Assembly: GCA_963729165.1 (NCBI GenBank)
Contig: CAVSMM010000015.1
Location: forward strand, 184,133 to 224,132
Direction of reading: 5' to 3'
Source: an uncultured beta proteobacterium
GTDB taxonomy: Bacteria > Pseudomonadota > Gammaproteobacteria > Burkholderiales > Burkholderiaceae_F
DNA: 40,000 bases
Below, in pieces: positions 27,975 through 39,521 of this stretch. A program made the translations under genes and the position numbers. Under the pieces are notes generated by a model. It was not told where the DNA came from. It worked only from the letters and a program-made list of their open reading frames with translations, and made no database searches. The number at the start of each line of letters is the position of its first letter. Positions within the stretch are counted from its first letter, which is position 1.

Positions 27975-30389
27975 GTGCGCATTGCCGGCTTCTTAGCCTT
28001 GCTGGTCGCTGTCACGCTGCTGGCACTCGGTCTCTGGTACCGACAGGCCAGTCTGCCGATCCATGAAGGAACGTTCATGGTCTCCGGATTGCAGCAGGCG
28101 GTGCGCATCGATCGTGATGATGATCACGGCATTCCGAACATCGTCGCGGCGAACGAACGAGATGCGACGTTTGCATTGGGTTATGTGCATGCGCAGGACC
28201 GCCTATGGCAGATGGAGATGAATCGCCGTATCGCCGCGGGGCGTCTGGCTGAAGTGCTTGGTGAGCCGGCGCTCGATACCGACAAGTTTCTGCGCACGAT
28301 CGGCATCGCACGTACTGCGCAAAGCATTTATCAGAATCTGGATGCCGAGCATCGTGACTTGCTCGATGCGTATGCGGCGGGTGTCAACGCGTATCTGAGC
28401 AAGCGACGGTGGGCCATTGCCGCCGGAGTTTTATCTGACGCGCGCGCCGAAGCCCGAGCCGTGGACGCCGGCGGATTCGATCGGCTGGTCGCTGATGATG
28501 GCGTGGGATCTCGGCGCGCTATTCGTATTCGCGCGAGCTGCGGCGCCTGCAATTGGCGCAGCGGTTTTCGGTGGCGGAGATCAATGATTTTTATCCGCCG
28601 TATCCGGGCGACTCTGCGCCGGCGACGGCGGACTATGCCGAGATGTATCGATTGCTCGGCATCAAGGCAACGTCGTTGTCCGCGTTGGACGCGCCCGCGT
28701 TCGGTTTCGGTGACGGTGAAGGACTCGGCTCGAACAACTGGGTCGTATCGGGCAAGCGCACTGTCAGCGGCAAGCCGATGCTGGCCAACGATCCGCATCT
28801 CGGACTGACCACGCCTTCGGTTTGGTATTTCGCTGGCCTTCAGGCACCGGGCCTGAAAGTGATGGGCGCGACGTTGCCCGGAGTTCCCGGTGTTGTTCTC
28901 GGCCGCAACGATCGCATCGCGTGGGCGTTCACCAATACCGGCGTCGATCAGCAGGATCTTTATCTGGAGCGCATCAATCCCGAAGCAGCCCGACGAATAT
29001 CAAACGCCGGAAGGCTGGGCGCGCTTTGTGACCCGCATCGAGCGCATCCGCGTCAAGAGGCGGTGACGATGTCGAATTGACGGTGCGCGAGACGCGGCAC
29101 GGCCCGGTGATCAGCGGACTTGCCAGCGTTGAAAAAGGGTTCAAGCAGCCGCAGTTTGCGCTCGCATTGCGCTGGTCTGCGCTTGAGCCCAACGACACGA
29201 CGATCGCGGCGATTCGCGCGCTGAACAAAGCACGCAATATCGACCAGGCGGAGCGAGCGCTGGCGGAGTTTCAGATCGTCACTCAGTCGGCGTTGATCGC
29301 GGATGTCGACGGCAAGATCGGGATGGTCGTGACCGGACGCATACCGATGCGTGATCGAGCCAACGATTTGCATGGACTCGTCCCCGCACCAGGATGGGAG
29401 GCGCGCTACGACTGGCGCGGCTACCTGTCCACCGAGCAAGCACCGAGGATGCGCGATCCTGCCAACGGATTGATCGTCACGGCAAATCACAAGGTGGTGT
29501 CGTCGAAGTATGCGCACCATCTGACTTACGACTGGTTCCTGCCGTATCGCGCGCAGCGTGTCGAACAACTGCTTGAAGCGCGCGGCAAGCACGACGTCAG
29601 CACGTTCAAGACGATCCAGGCCGACGTCACTTCGTTCGCGGCGCGCGACATGTTTGCAATGTTGAAGGACGTACAGCCGCAGACCGAAGCCGGGCGTCAC
29701 GCGCTCGCGCGACTGGCCGCGTGGGACTTCCAGATGAAGCGCGATACGCCCGAGCCGTTGATCTATCACGCATGGATGCGCGAGCTCAAGCATCGGATTT
29801 TTGCCGATGACCTCGGCGCGTTGACCGACGATTTCGTCGACCAGGCCGAGCTCACTTCGACGTTGCTGTACGTGTTGTCCGGCCGCGCGCAGGCGCGCGA
29901 CTGGTGCGACGACCGATCGACGGAGCAGCGCTTCGAGACATGTCGCTTGCTGGCGGGCGAAGCGCTCGACGCATCGGTCACGCAGCTGACCCAGGCTTCG
30001 GGCCGCGACGTGGCCGGGTCTGCGATGGGGCGACATGCATCGCGCGGCTGCCGAACATCGGCCGATGTCGAGCGTGCCCGTGCTTCGCCGCCTGTTCGAA
30101 CTGCGCATCGCGTACCCCGGAGATACGCACACGATTAACGTCGGTGCGCTGTCACACCGCGCCGAAGCTCCGTTCTCTACGCGGCATACCGCCACCTTGC
30201 GCGCGATATACGACCTCGCTGCGCTCGAATCGAATTCCGTATGGGTGGGTTCAAGCGGGCAGGTCGGCAATCCTTTTTCCGACCTTTACGGATCGATGCA
30301 GCCGCTGTGGCGCGATGTGTCTGTATCTGCCGATGCGTCCGCCACCGGCGCGCGATGCGATGACGCTGGAACTGAAGCCGCGACGCTAA
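27975..30389 (+). pseudogene. Penicillin acylase (Ntn-hydrolase, PvdQ/QuiP-like) family protein, six +1 frame changes
   Basis: N-terminal TM/signal MRIAGFLALLVAVTLLALGLW, GYVHAQDRLWQMEM, and the beta-subunit nucleophile context GSNNWVVSG...ANDPHL. The pieces lie in ORFs 27975.., an unlisted frame (GPLPPEFYLTRAPKPEPWTPADSIGWSLMMAWDLG), 28553.., an unlisted frame (PDEYQTPEGWARFVTRIERIRVK), 29077.., 30035.. and the tail of 29904..30389. Confidence 0.8.
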
Positions 30390-30501
30390 TCGCATCGGAT
30401 TGCGCCGCAGCGGGTTAACCCGTTGCTCGCGGCGTTTGACGCTGCATGCCGGATGTAGGCATCATGTCCGGCTTTCCGCACACCTCTCTAGGAGAACGCC
30501 G

Positions 30502-32082
30502 ATGCGTCTCGCCATCGCCGCATTTGTCGCAGCACTTTCTATTGCACCGGTTGTCGATGCCAAGACCTTGCGCTGGGCTAGCCAGGGCGACATCCTGACG
30601 ATGGACCCGCACGCGCAAAACGAAGGGCTGAATAACACCGCCAATTCTTATATCTACGAGCCACTCGTCACCTACAACGAGAAGTTCGAAGTCGTGCCGG
30701 CGCTTTCAACCGACTGGAAGCAGGAGACGCCGCTGATCTGGCGCTTCAACCTGCGCCAGGGCGTCAAGTTTCACGACGGCTCGCCTTTGACCGCGTCCGA
30801 TGTCGTGTTCTCGATCGATCGCGCGATGCAGCCGACGTCGAACTTCCGTCAGTACACCGTCGGCGTTCAACGCGCCCACGCGGTTGATGACAATACGGTG
30901 ATCATCTACACGACGGTGCCGAATCCGGTGTTGCTGCGGCAATTGACCGAGCTGCGGATCGTCAACAAGGGGTGGGCCGAGAAGAACAAAGTCGTTGCGC
31001 CTCAGAACTTCGTGCAGAAGGAAGAAACCTACGCTGCGCGCAATGCCAACGGCACCGGCCCGTTCATGCTGAAGTCGCGCGAGGTCGATATCAAGACGGT
31101 GTTCGTCGTCAATCCGAACTGGTGGGGAGCAAAGACGAAGAAGGGCAACGTTACCGAAGTGATTTACACGCCGATCAAATCGGACTCGACGCGCACCGCG
31201 GCATTGCTGTCCGGAGAGATCGATTTTCTGCTCGATCCAGTTCCGCAGGACATCGCGCGCCTGAAGCAGACACCTTCGATCAAGGTCGATCGAAGGTGCG
31301 GAAAACCGCACGATCTTCATCGGCATGGACCAGTTTCGCGACGAGCTGCAGTACAGCGACGTCAAGGGCAAGAATCCGTTCAAGGACTTGCGCGTTCGTC
31401 AGGCGCTGTATCACGCGATCGACATCGAGGCGATCAAGAAGGCGGTGATGCGCGGCTCGTCGGATCCGACCGGCGCGATCATTCAGCGTGCAGTGAATGG
31501 CTGGATACCGGCGGCGCACGAGCGCCTGCCGTACGACGAGAAAAAGGCGAAGGAGCTGCTGACCGCGGCCGGCTATCCGAACGGCTTTTCGGTGACGCTC
31601 GACTGCCCGAACAACCGCTACATCAACGACGAAGAGATCTGCAAGGCACTGGTTTCGATGTGGGCGAAGCTCGGGATCAAGGTGTCATTGAACGCAATGC
31701 CGCGCGCAACTTACTTTCCGAAGATTCAGAAGCACGACACGTCGCTTTATTTGCTCGGCTGGGGTGTGCCGACGTTCGATGCGCTGTACTCGCTGCAATC
31801 GCTGCCGATGACGGTCGGCAAGGGCGGAGACGGCAACTTCAATCTGGGACGCGTCAGCAATGCCGAGTTCGACAAGCTCGTCGAAGTCAATCAAGGGCGA
31901 GGTCGACACCAAGAAGCGCAATCAGATGATCGCCGATGCGTTGATGCTGCACAACAAGCAGGTGATGCATATTCCGTTGCATAACCAGGTTATTCCGTGG
32001 GCGATGCGCAAGAACGTGACCGTAGTGCATCGGGCCGATAACCGACTCGAGGTGCAGTGGGTCGAATCGACTAGCGGGATGA
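30502..32082 (+). pseudogene. ABC transporter substrate-binding protein, family 5 (peptide/nickel type), copy 1; at least 2 frame changes
   Basis: AGGAGA RBS then the ATG at 30502. Signal peptide MRLAIAAFVAALSIAPVVDA. The pieces lie in ORFs 30400.., 31325.. and 31860.. (junctions near 31283 and 31880). The 3' end is uncertain: a frame-2 TAG at 32072 or a frame-1 TGA at 32080. The frame-0 reading runs into the next gene. Confidence 0.75.
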
Positions 32083-32096
32083 AGCAGTGCAAAGGG

Positions 32097-32128
32097 TCGG
32101 ACACTGAAGAGCGTCCGGCCTTTTTTTT
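32097..32128 (+). terminator. Weak hairpin plus T8 tract between the binding-protein and permease genes (possible intra-operon attenuator)
   Basis: CGGAC...GTCCG 5-bp stem, 10-nt loop, then GCC TTTTTTTT (32121-32128). Confidence 0.25.
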
Positions 32129-32149
32129 GCCCTGCTCTAATATCGGTCC

Positions 32150-33134
32150 ATGGCTGCCTTTATCGTTCGCCGCCTGTTGCAAGCGATTCTCGTCATGTTG
32201 GTGGTGGCGCTGATCGCCTTTCTGCTGTTTCAGTATGTCGGTGATCCGGTCTCGCAGATGCTCGGCCAGGACGCGACGCCCGAGGACCGCACTCGGCTGC
32301 GCGGGGATCTCGGCCTCGACCAGCCGTTCTACATGCAATTCGCGCACTTCATCGGCAACGCGATACAGGGCGATTTCGGCATCAGCCTGCGTCAGGGCCG
32401 AGCCGTGTCAACATTGATCAAGGAACGTTTACCGGCAACGCTCGAACTTGCCTTCGCGGCGGCGTTGATCGCGATCGTGGTTGGTATTCCGATGGGCGTT
32501 TACACAGCGCTGCGGAAAGATTCGTGGTTCTCGCATTTTCTGCTCGCGGTGTCGCTGGTGGGAATCTCGCTTGCCGACTTTCCTGATCGGGATCCTGCTG
32601 ATCCTCGTATTCGCGGTGATGCTTGGTGTGCTGCCGTCCTACGGGCGCGGCGATACCGTGCAGCTTGGCTGGTGGAGTACCGGCTTGCTGACGACGACCG
32701 GCTGGAAACACCTGGTCCTGCCCGCAATCACGCTGTGCCTGTTCCAGCTGACGCTGATCATGCGTCTGGTTCGGTCGGAGATGATGGAGGTGCTGCGCAC
32801 CGACTACATCAAGTTTGCCCGCGCTCGCGGCTTGACGGATCGTGCGGTGCACTTTGGTCACGCACTGAAGAACACGCTGGTTCCGGTCATCACGATCACC
32901 GGGTTGCAGCTGGGCGGAATCATTGCGTTCGCGATCGTCACCGAGACGGTATTCCAGTGGCCCGGCATGGGATTGCTGTTCATTCAGTCGGTGCAGTTCG
33001 CCGACATCCCGGTGATGGCGGCATATTTGTGCCTGATCGCATTGGTGTTCGTGCTGATCAATCTAATCGTCGATTTGCTGTACTTTGCTGTTGACCCGCG
33101 GCTGCGCATCGACCGCACCGCCGCGGCACATTGA
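32150..33134 (+). pseudogene. ABC transporter permease (DppB/OppB-like), one +1 frame change
   Basis: ORF 32150.. (MAAFIVRRLLQAILVMLVVALIAF...VSLVGISL) continues in ORF 32481..33134 (PTFLIGILLILVFAVMLGVLPSYG...). The junction is near 32570. Confidence 0.8.
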
Positions 33135-34398
33135 ACACCGATGGCGCCCTCCCGCTGCCCACTGATCAGCACCTCGCCCCGCGTGAGCACTATCTGGGAC
33201 TGGCGCTGCGCGGCCCGCTGGCCGCGATTTTTCCGCACCACGAAGGGCTGACCGCCCTGCGGCGCGATCTGCACGCGAATCCCGAGATCGGTTTCGAAGA
33301 GCACCGCACGTCTGCCTTGGTAGCAGAGCGGATGCGCGAGCTCGGCATCGAAGTGCATACCGGGATCGGCAAGACCGGCGTCGTCGGTGTACTCCATGGT
33401 GCAAAAAACAGCTCGGGACGCTCGATCGCGCTGCGTGCCGACATGGACGCGTTGCCGATGGTCGAAGAAAACGAATTTGCGCACGTCTCGACCAAACCGG
33501 GGTTGATGCACGGCTGTGGCCACGACGGGCACACGACGATGCTGGTCGGCGCGGCGCAGTATCTGTCGCGCACGCGGAGGTTCGACGGCACCGTGTATTT
33601 GATCTTCCAGCCCGGCGAAGAAGGGTACGCGGGCGCGAAGGCAATGATCGACGACGGACTTTTCGAGCGCTTTCCTGCCGACGAGATCTATGCGATGCAC
33701 AACTGGCCGCCGTTGCCGGCCGGTCAGATCGGGCTGAATTACGGGCCGATGATGTCGTCGGCGGATCGCGTCGAAATCACGATCTGCGGCAAGGGCGGGC
33801 ACGGTGCGCACCCGCACTTGACGGTCGATCCGGTGTTGGTTGCCGCGCACATCATCACCGCCGCGCAGACGATCGTCTCGCGCAACGTTGCGCCGCTCGA
33901 CAATGCCGTGCTGAGTCTGTGTTCGCTGCAGGCGGGCAGTCCCGGCGGCGTTCTCGGTCGTGCCGCGCGAAGCCAAGCTGACCGGTACCGTGCGCACGTC
34001 GAAGATCGACACGCAGGAGCTGGTCGAGCGCCGTATTACCGAGCTGGTCGAATCGACCGCGCGCGCCTTCGGCGCCGAAGCGCACGTCGTCTACGAGCGC
34101 ATCTATCCGGCGACGATCAACCATCCGTTGCAGGCCCGATTTGCCGGCGACGTAGCCGCCGAGCTGGTCGGCGAGGACAACGTCGTCCGCAACCTCGCGC
34201 CGAGCATGGGCGCCGAGGATTTTTCTTTCATGCTGCAGGCCAAGCCCGGGTGCTATCTGCGCCTGGGTCAGGGCGGCGGCCCGTCCAACTGTTTCCTGCA
34301 CAACAGCTCGATACGACTTCAACGACGCCGTCATTCCGCTGGGCGCCGCTTTTTTTTCGGCACTGGCTGAGCGCAGAATGCCGCTTTCAGAGCATTGA
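33131..34398 (+). pseudogene. M20D amidohydrolase (hippurate hydrolase / N-acyl-amino-acid amidohydrolase family), two +1 frame changes
   Basis: LRRDLHANPEIGFEEHRTS, MHGCGHDGHTTML and ICGKGGHGAHPH. It continues AFSVVPREAKLTGTVRT (ORF 33960..) and ends YDFNDAVIPLGAAFFSALAERRMPLSEH, with the stop at 34396-34398. The TTG start overlaps the permease stop (TTGA). Confidence 0.8.
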
Positions 34399-34415
34399 CC
34401 ATCCAAGGAAGCTCC

Positions 34416-36013
34416 ATGAAGACACGCTTGCCATCCGCACATTCAAGATTGCCGCCGTCGGCGCGGTCGCTCGCGCTCGCAACGTTCGTGGCGCACGGCG
34501 CAAACATTCAAGTTTGCGAATCAGGGCGATGCGCTGTCGATGGATCCGCATTCGCTGAACGAGTCGTTCCAGCTGGCATTCACCGGCAACATTTACGAGC
34601 CGCTGATCGGGCGCGGCAAGAAGCTGGAATTGGTTCCTGCGCTCGCCACCGACTGGAAGCAGACGGCGCCGACCGTGTGGCGCTTCAATCTGCGCAAGGG
34701 CGTTTTGTTTCACGATGGCACGCCTTTTACCGCGGACGACGTGATCTTTTCGTACAACCGCGCCAAGGGCGATGGCTCCGACGTCAAGACCTTTGTCGGT
34801 TCGATCAAGGAGATCCGCAAGATCGACGATCACACGATCGACATGATTACGATCGAGCCGTTTCCGATCCTGCCGGACGTAATTACGCAGTGGTCCATGA
34901 TGTCCAAGAGCTGGTGCGAGAAAAACAAGGCCGTACAGCCGGTCGATAAACGGAAAGGTACCGAGAACACGGCATCGTTCCAGGCCAATGGCACCGGACC
35001 GTATCGTCTCCGCTCGCGCGACCCCAATATACGCACGACCTTGCAGCGAAATGCGGGCTACTGGGGCAAGATCGAAGGCAATGTGCAGGAAGTGATTTTC
35101 ACCCCGATCGGCAACAACGCGACGCGGGTAGCTGCGCTGCTGTCGGGTGAGGTCGACATGATGGAGCCGGTGCCGGTGCAGGACATCGCCCGCATCTCGG
35201 CTGACAAGAATCTGAAGGTCGTGCAGGCGCCCGAGCTGCGCACGATCTTTCTGGGTATGGATCAGTCGCGCAACGAACTGCTGCAGTCGAACGTCAAGGG
35301 CAAGAACCCTTTTAAGGACAAGCGAGTTCGGCAGGCGTTTTATCAGGCGATCGACGTCAACGCCATCCAGAAGGTGGTGATGCGCGGCGCGTCAGCGCCA
35401 ACCGGGCTGATGATCGCGCCCGGAATCAACGGCTTTCCGTCAGACATGAACAAGCGCATGCCGTTCGATGTCGGAAGCGTCGAAGAAGCTGCTGGCCGAA
35501 GCCGGCTATCCGCAGGGCTTCGAGGTCGGCATGAACTGCCCGAATGATCGCTATGTCAACGACGAAGAGATCTGCAAAGCTGCGGCGGCGATGCTCGCAA
35601 AGACCGGCATCAAAGTGAATCTGACCGCCGAGACCAAGGGTAGCTATTTCCCGAAGATCCTGTCGCGCAACACTTCTTTTTATCTACTCGGCTGGACGCC
35701 TGGCAGCTATGACTCGCACAACCCGCTGTTTGCATTGATGGCGACGCCGGGTGACGGCGGCCAGGGTCAGTTCAACCTGGGCAGCTACAGCAATCCCAAG
35801 GTCGACCAGCTGACGAAAGCAATCGCGACCGAGACGGACATTAAGAAGCGCACGGCGATGATCGCCGAGGCGATGAAGATTCATCAGGACGATATTGGCC
35901 ATATTCCGTTGCACCAGCAGGCGTTGGCGTGGGGGATGAAGCGCAATATTGACCTTGTCCAGTTGGCGGACAACGCTATGTTCATCAAGTGGGTCTCGAT
36001 CAAGCAACCGTAG
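34416..36013 (+). pseudogene. ABC transporter substrate-binding protein, family 5, copy 2; four frame changes
   Basis: AAGGAAG RBS then the ATG at 34416. The signal peptide is scattered over three frames within 100 nt (MKTRL / AIRTFKIAAVGAVA / LALATFVAHGA / TFKFANQGDALSMDPH). The body lies in ORF 34540..35547 and the tail in ORF 35468..36013. It is paralogous to copy 1 (shared ...GKNPFKD.RVRQA.Y.AID...). Confidence 0.8.
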
Positions 36014-36048
36014 GGCGGTGATCACTGATCAGCGATCGGTAGTCAGGT

Positions 36049-37029
36049 ATGGACACTCAGGCGGTACCGGCTGACCAAGGCGTTCCGGCGATCACTGATC
36101 AAGGATCGGTGATCCCGGTGAACGTCGCCGGCCGCGTTTGGGACAGCGACGTCGCCTACAGCTTCCGCAATTCGCCGGTCGCGATCACGGCGGCGGTAGT
36201 GGCGTTCGTTCTGATCTTTTCAGCGGTGTTTGCCAGGTGGGTCGCGCCGCACAATCCGTTTGATCTGGCCACGCTGAATCTGCTCGATGCGTCGCTGCCG
36301 CCGATGTGGGAAGCGGGCAGCAACCCGAATTTCTGGCTTGGTACCGACGATCAGGGCCGCGATATTTTCTCTGCGATCCTGTTCGGCATGCAGGTATCGC
36401 TGGCGATCGGGTTGGCATCGGTCGCGTTGTCGGTCGTTCTGGGCGTCGGCCTGGGACTGCTGTCGGGCTACGTCGGCGGCCGGCTCGATGCATTCATCAT
36501 GCGCGTGTGCGATGTGATGCTGTCGTTTCCAGCGATCCTCACGGCGCTGCTGATCGACGGCGTCGCGCGCGCGGCGCTGCCGCGCGACGCGCATAGCGAG
36601 CTTGCGTTCGGCGTGCTGATTCTCGCGATCGCCTTGTCGGGCTGGGTGCAGTACGCGCGCACCGTGCGCGGCTCGACGCTGGTGGAGAAGAACAAGGAGT
36701 ACGTGCAGGCGGCGCGCGTGATCGGCGTGTCGCCGCTGGCGATCATGGCGCGGCATGTGTTGCCGAACGTGATGGGCCCGGTGCTGGTGTTGGCCACGGT
36801 GCATATCGCCACTGCGATCATCACCGAGGCGACGCTGTCCTTTCTGGGCGTTGGCGTGCCGCCCACGACGCCATCGTTCGGCACCTTGATTCGCATCGGC
36901 AATGAGTTTTTGTTTTCCGGCGAATGGTGGATCACAATATTTCCCGGATTGGCTCTCGTATTGCTCGTACTTTCCGTCAATCTGCTGGGTGATTGGTTGC
37001 GCGACGCACTCAATCCAAAGCTGAGATAG
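36049..37029 (+). CDS. ABC transporter permease (DppC/OppC-like)
   Basis: Intact 326-aa ORF. WLGTDDQGRDIFS and the EAA-like loop region. Confidence 0.85.
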   Translation: MDTQAVPADQGVPAITDQGSVIPVNVAGRVWDSDVAYSFRNSPVAITAAVVAFVLIFSAVFARWVAPHNPFDLATLNLLDASLPPMWEAGSNPNFWLGTDDQGRDIFSAILFGMQVSLAIGLASVALSVVLGVGLGLLSGYVGGRLDAFIMRVCDVMLSFPAILTALLIDGVARAALPRDAHSELAFGVLILAIALSGWVQYARTVRGSTLVEKNKEYVQAARVIGVSPLAIMARHVLPNVMGPVLVLATVHIATAIITEATLSFLGVGVPPTTPSFGTLIRIGNEFLFSGEWWITIFPGLALVLLVLSVNLLGDWLRDALNPKLR

Positions 37030-37050
37030 AAAGTTTTTCTGGAGGTGCTT

Positions 37051-37420
37051 ATGAAAACGAAGCTGGCAAGTGCAATTGCAGTATTTGCGATTGGTCGGGT
37101 TGTGCAACGACCCCGTTCTCTTACATCGACGGCAACCGCTATTTCAAGGCCGAGATGAATACGCTATTCGGTGATCGTGCTTGACGTTGATGGGCGCAGC
37201 GATACACGTAATCCGGTGATGGTCGATCCGGGCCTCAGAGTCATCCGGGTGCAGGGGCCTGCGGCGACGGGGTTTCTCGTACGGCGAAACGCGCACGTTG
37301 ACGCTCGACGTGAAGCCGTGCACCCGCTACTACCTGAAGGCGGTGAAGAAAAACTCGGTTGAGCAGGACTTCGTGCCGCAAGTCGACTACGTAGAGCCGA
37401 TAGCCGGCTGTACTGCCTAG
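37051..37420 (+). pseudogene. Small lipoprotein of unknown function, three frame changes
   Basis: GGAGG RBS then the ATG at 37051. MKTKLASAIAVFAI..SGC lipobox. It continues ATTPFSYIDGNRYFKAEMNT, then VIVLDVDGRSDTRNPVMVDPGLRVIRVQGPAA, then [49 protein letters not shown], with the stop at 37418-37420. Confidence 0.6.
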
Positions 37421-37448
37421 TCAGGCGATTGCCCACAGCGGCCGTGCG

Positions 37449-39521
37449 ATGACAATGACCGCGGCCGCACTGACTTCGATCGCGTCATCGCCGGCGCCGC
37501 TGCTCGAGGTGCGCAATCTGCGCATCGAGTTTCCAACGCGGCGCGGGACGCTGGTGGCGGTTGACGACATTTCGTTTTCGATCGCGCCGGGCGAGGTACT
37601 GGGCGTCGTCGGCGAATCCGGCGCCGGCAAGTCGCTGACCGGCGCCGCCATCATTGGGCTGCTGGAGCCGCCGGGTCGCGTCGCGGCCGGCGAAGTGCGA
37701 CTGGCCGGCCGCCGTATCGACGCTCTGCCGTACGACGAGATGCGCAAGATCCGCGGCCGCGAGATCGGTGCGATCTTTCAAGACCCGCTGACTTCGTTGA
37801 ATCCGCTCTACACGGTCGGCGACCAGTTGATCGAGACGATCACGACGCACCTCGACTTGTCTTCGAGCAAGGCGCGTGTGCGCGCGATCGAGTTGCTCGC
37901 ATCCACCGGCATTCCCGCACCCGAGCGCCGCATCGACGCCTACCCGCACCAGTTCTCGGGCGGAATGCGGCAGCGCGTAGTGATCGCGCTGGCACTCGCT
38001 GCGGAACCCAAGCTGATCATTGCCGACGAGCCGACCACCGCACTGGATGTTTCGATTCAGGCGCAAATCATTTCGTTGCTTAAGAAACTGTGTCGCGATC
38101 ACGGCACTGCGGTGATGCTGGTAACGCACGACATGGGCGTCATCGCCGAAACCGCGGACCGCGTCGCGGTGATGTACGCCGGCCGCATCGCCGAGATCGG
38201 GCCAGTGTCCGATGTGATTCATCGGCCGCAGCATCCCTACACGGTGGGCCTGATGGGATCGATTCCGACATTCGGTCATGAGACGGAACGTCTGACGCAG
38301 ATCAACGGCTCGATGCCGCGGCTGACGGCGATTCCGAGCGGCTGCGCCTTCCATCCGCGCTGCGTGCACGCGTTCGAGCGTTGCCCACGCGAGCGGCCGG
38401 ACCTGTTGCCTGCCGGAACATCGTTGGCGGCGTGCTGGTTGCACGACGTCGACGCGGGGCAGGGTGGCCGCATGAGCGCAGTCTTGCGCGAAGAGGTCAC
38501 GACGCCGAAATCACTTGGTTCCAACGTCATCGTGCACGCGGTGGGACTGGCCAAATATTTCGACGTCTCGCCGCCGTGGCTCAATCGCGTGCTCGAAAAC
38601 AAGAAGCGCGCGATCCTGCATGCGGTCGATGGCGTCAGCTTCGACATCAAGCGCGGCGAAACCCTGTCGCTGGTCGGCGAATCGGGCTGCGGCAAGTCGA
38701 CGGTTGCGCGCCTGCTGGTGGGTCTGTACGTCCCGACCAAGGGCCATGTTGAATTTTTCGGCCGTGATCTGCGTGAGATGAATTCGCAGCGTGGACGTCC
38801 GCTGCGGCAGAAGCTGCAGATGATCTTTCAAGACCCGTACGCGAGCCTGAACCCGCGATGGCGCGTCGCCGACATCATTGCCGAGCCTCTGAAGGCGCAT
38901 GGCCTGATGAACGACAAGGCACAGATTCGCGCGCGCGTCGACGAGCTGTTGCAGCAGGTTCGCCTGGCGCCGGCCGACAAGGAGAAGTATCCACACCAGT
39001 TTTCCGGTGGCCAGCGGCAGCGTTTGTCGATCGCCCGCGCTTTGGCGACGAAGCCCGAGTTTCTGGTGTGCGATGAACCGACGTCGGCGCTTGACGTGTC
39101 GGTGCAGGCGCAGGTTCTCAACTTGATGAAGGAACTGCAGCGCGAGATGGGGCTGACGTACCTTTTCATCTCGCACAATCTGGCCGTCGTGCATCACATT
39201 TCGGATCGGGTCGGTGTGATGTACCTGGGCAAAATCGTTGAGCTTGCTTCACGCACGACGTTGTTCAACACGCCGCGCCATCCCTACACGCGCATGTTGC
39301 TCGATGCAATCCCTGATCTGGAAATGAGCGGCCGCGCGCGAACGCCGGTGGCGGGCGAGGTTCCTAATCCGTTGAATCCGCCATCGGGTTGTACGTTTCA
39401 CCCGCGCTGCCCGCACGCGAACGAGCGCTGCCGCGTCGAGGTGCCGCTACTGAAGCTGTACCGGCACGCAGGCGGCGAGACGCACGCTGCCTGTCATGGC
39501 GTCGAGGAAAATCGAATTTAG
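37449..39521 (+). CDS. Fused double ATP-binding protein of a peptide-type ABC transporter (DppD-DppF / GsiA-like)
   Basis: Intact 690-aa ORF. Two Walker A sites ([16 protein letters not shown]), two signatures ([18 protein letters not shown]) and two C-terminal Cys-rich oligopeptide-type tails. Confidence 0.9.
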   Translation: MTMTAAALTSIASSPAPLLEVRNLRIEFPTRRGTLVAVDDISFSIAPGEVLGVVGESGAGKSLTGAAIIGLLEPPGRVAAGEVRLAGRRIDALPYDEMRKIRGREIGAIFQDPLTSLNPLYTVGDQLIETITTHLDLSSSKARVRAIELLASTGIPAPERRIDAYPHQFSGGMRQRVVIALALAAEPKLIIADEPTTALDVSIQAQIISLLKKLCRDHGTAVMLVTHDMGVIAETADRVAVMYAGRIAEIGPVSDVIHRPQHPYTVGLMGSIPTFGHETERLTQINGSMPRLTAIPSGCAFHPRCVHAFERCPRERPDLLPAGTSLAACWLHDVDAGQGGRMSAVLREEVTTPKSLGSNVIVHAVGLAKYFDVSPPWLNRVLENKKRAILHAVDGVSFDIKRGETLSLVGESGCGKSTVARLLVGLYVPTKGHVEFFGRDLREMNSQRGRPLRQKLQMIFQDPYASLNPRWRVADIIAEPLKAHGLMNDKAQIRARVDELLQQVRLAPADKEKYPHQFSGGQRQRLSIARALATKPEFLVCDEPTSALDVSVQAQVLNLMKELQREMGLTYLFISHNLAVVHHISDRVGVMYLGKIVELASRTTLFNTPRHPYTRMLLDAIPDLEMSGRARTPVAGEVPNPLNPPSGCTFHPRCPHANERCRVEVPLLKLYRHAGGETHAACHGVEENRI

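Noticed and set aside
32083-32213. The frame-0 read-through of SBP1 to 32213 (ORF 31860..32213)
   Set aside because: It would run through the intergenic T8 tract and 60 nt into the permease gene. The paralog SBP2 ends about 5 aa after the equivalent ...WV position, so a stop near 32072-32082 in another frame is more likely.
24783-35547. Programmed ribosomal frameshifting as the explanation for the split genes
   Set aside because: There are too many events (up to six per gene) in unrelated genes, with no shared slippery heptamer or downstream structure at the junctions I inspected.
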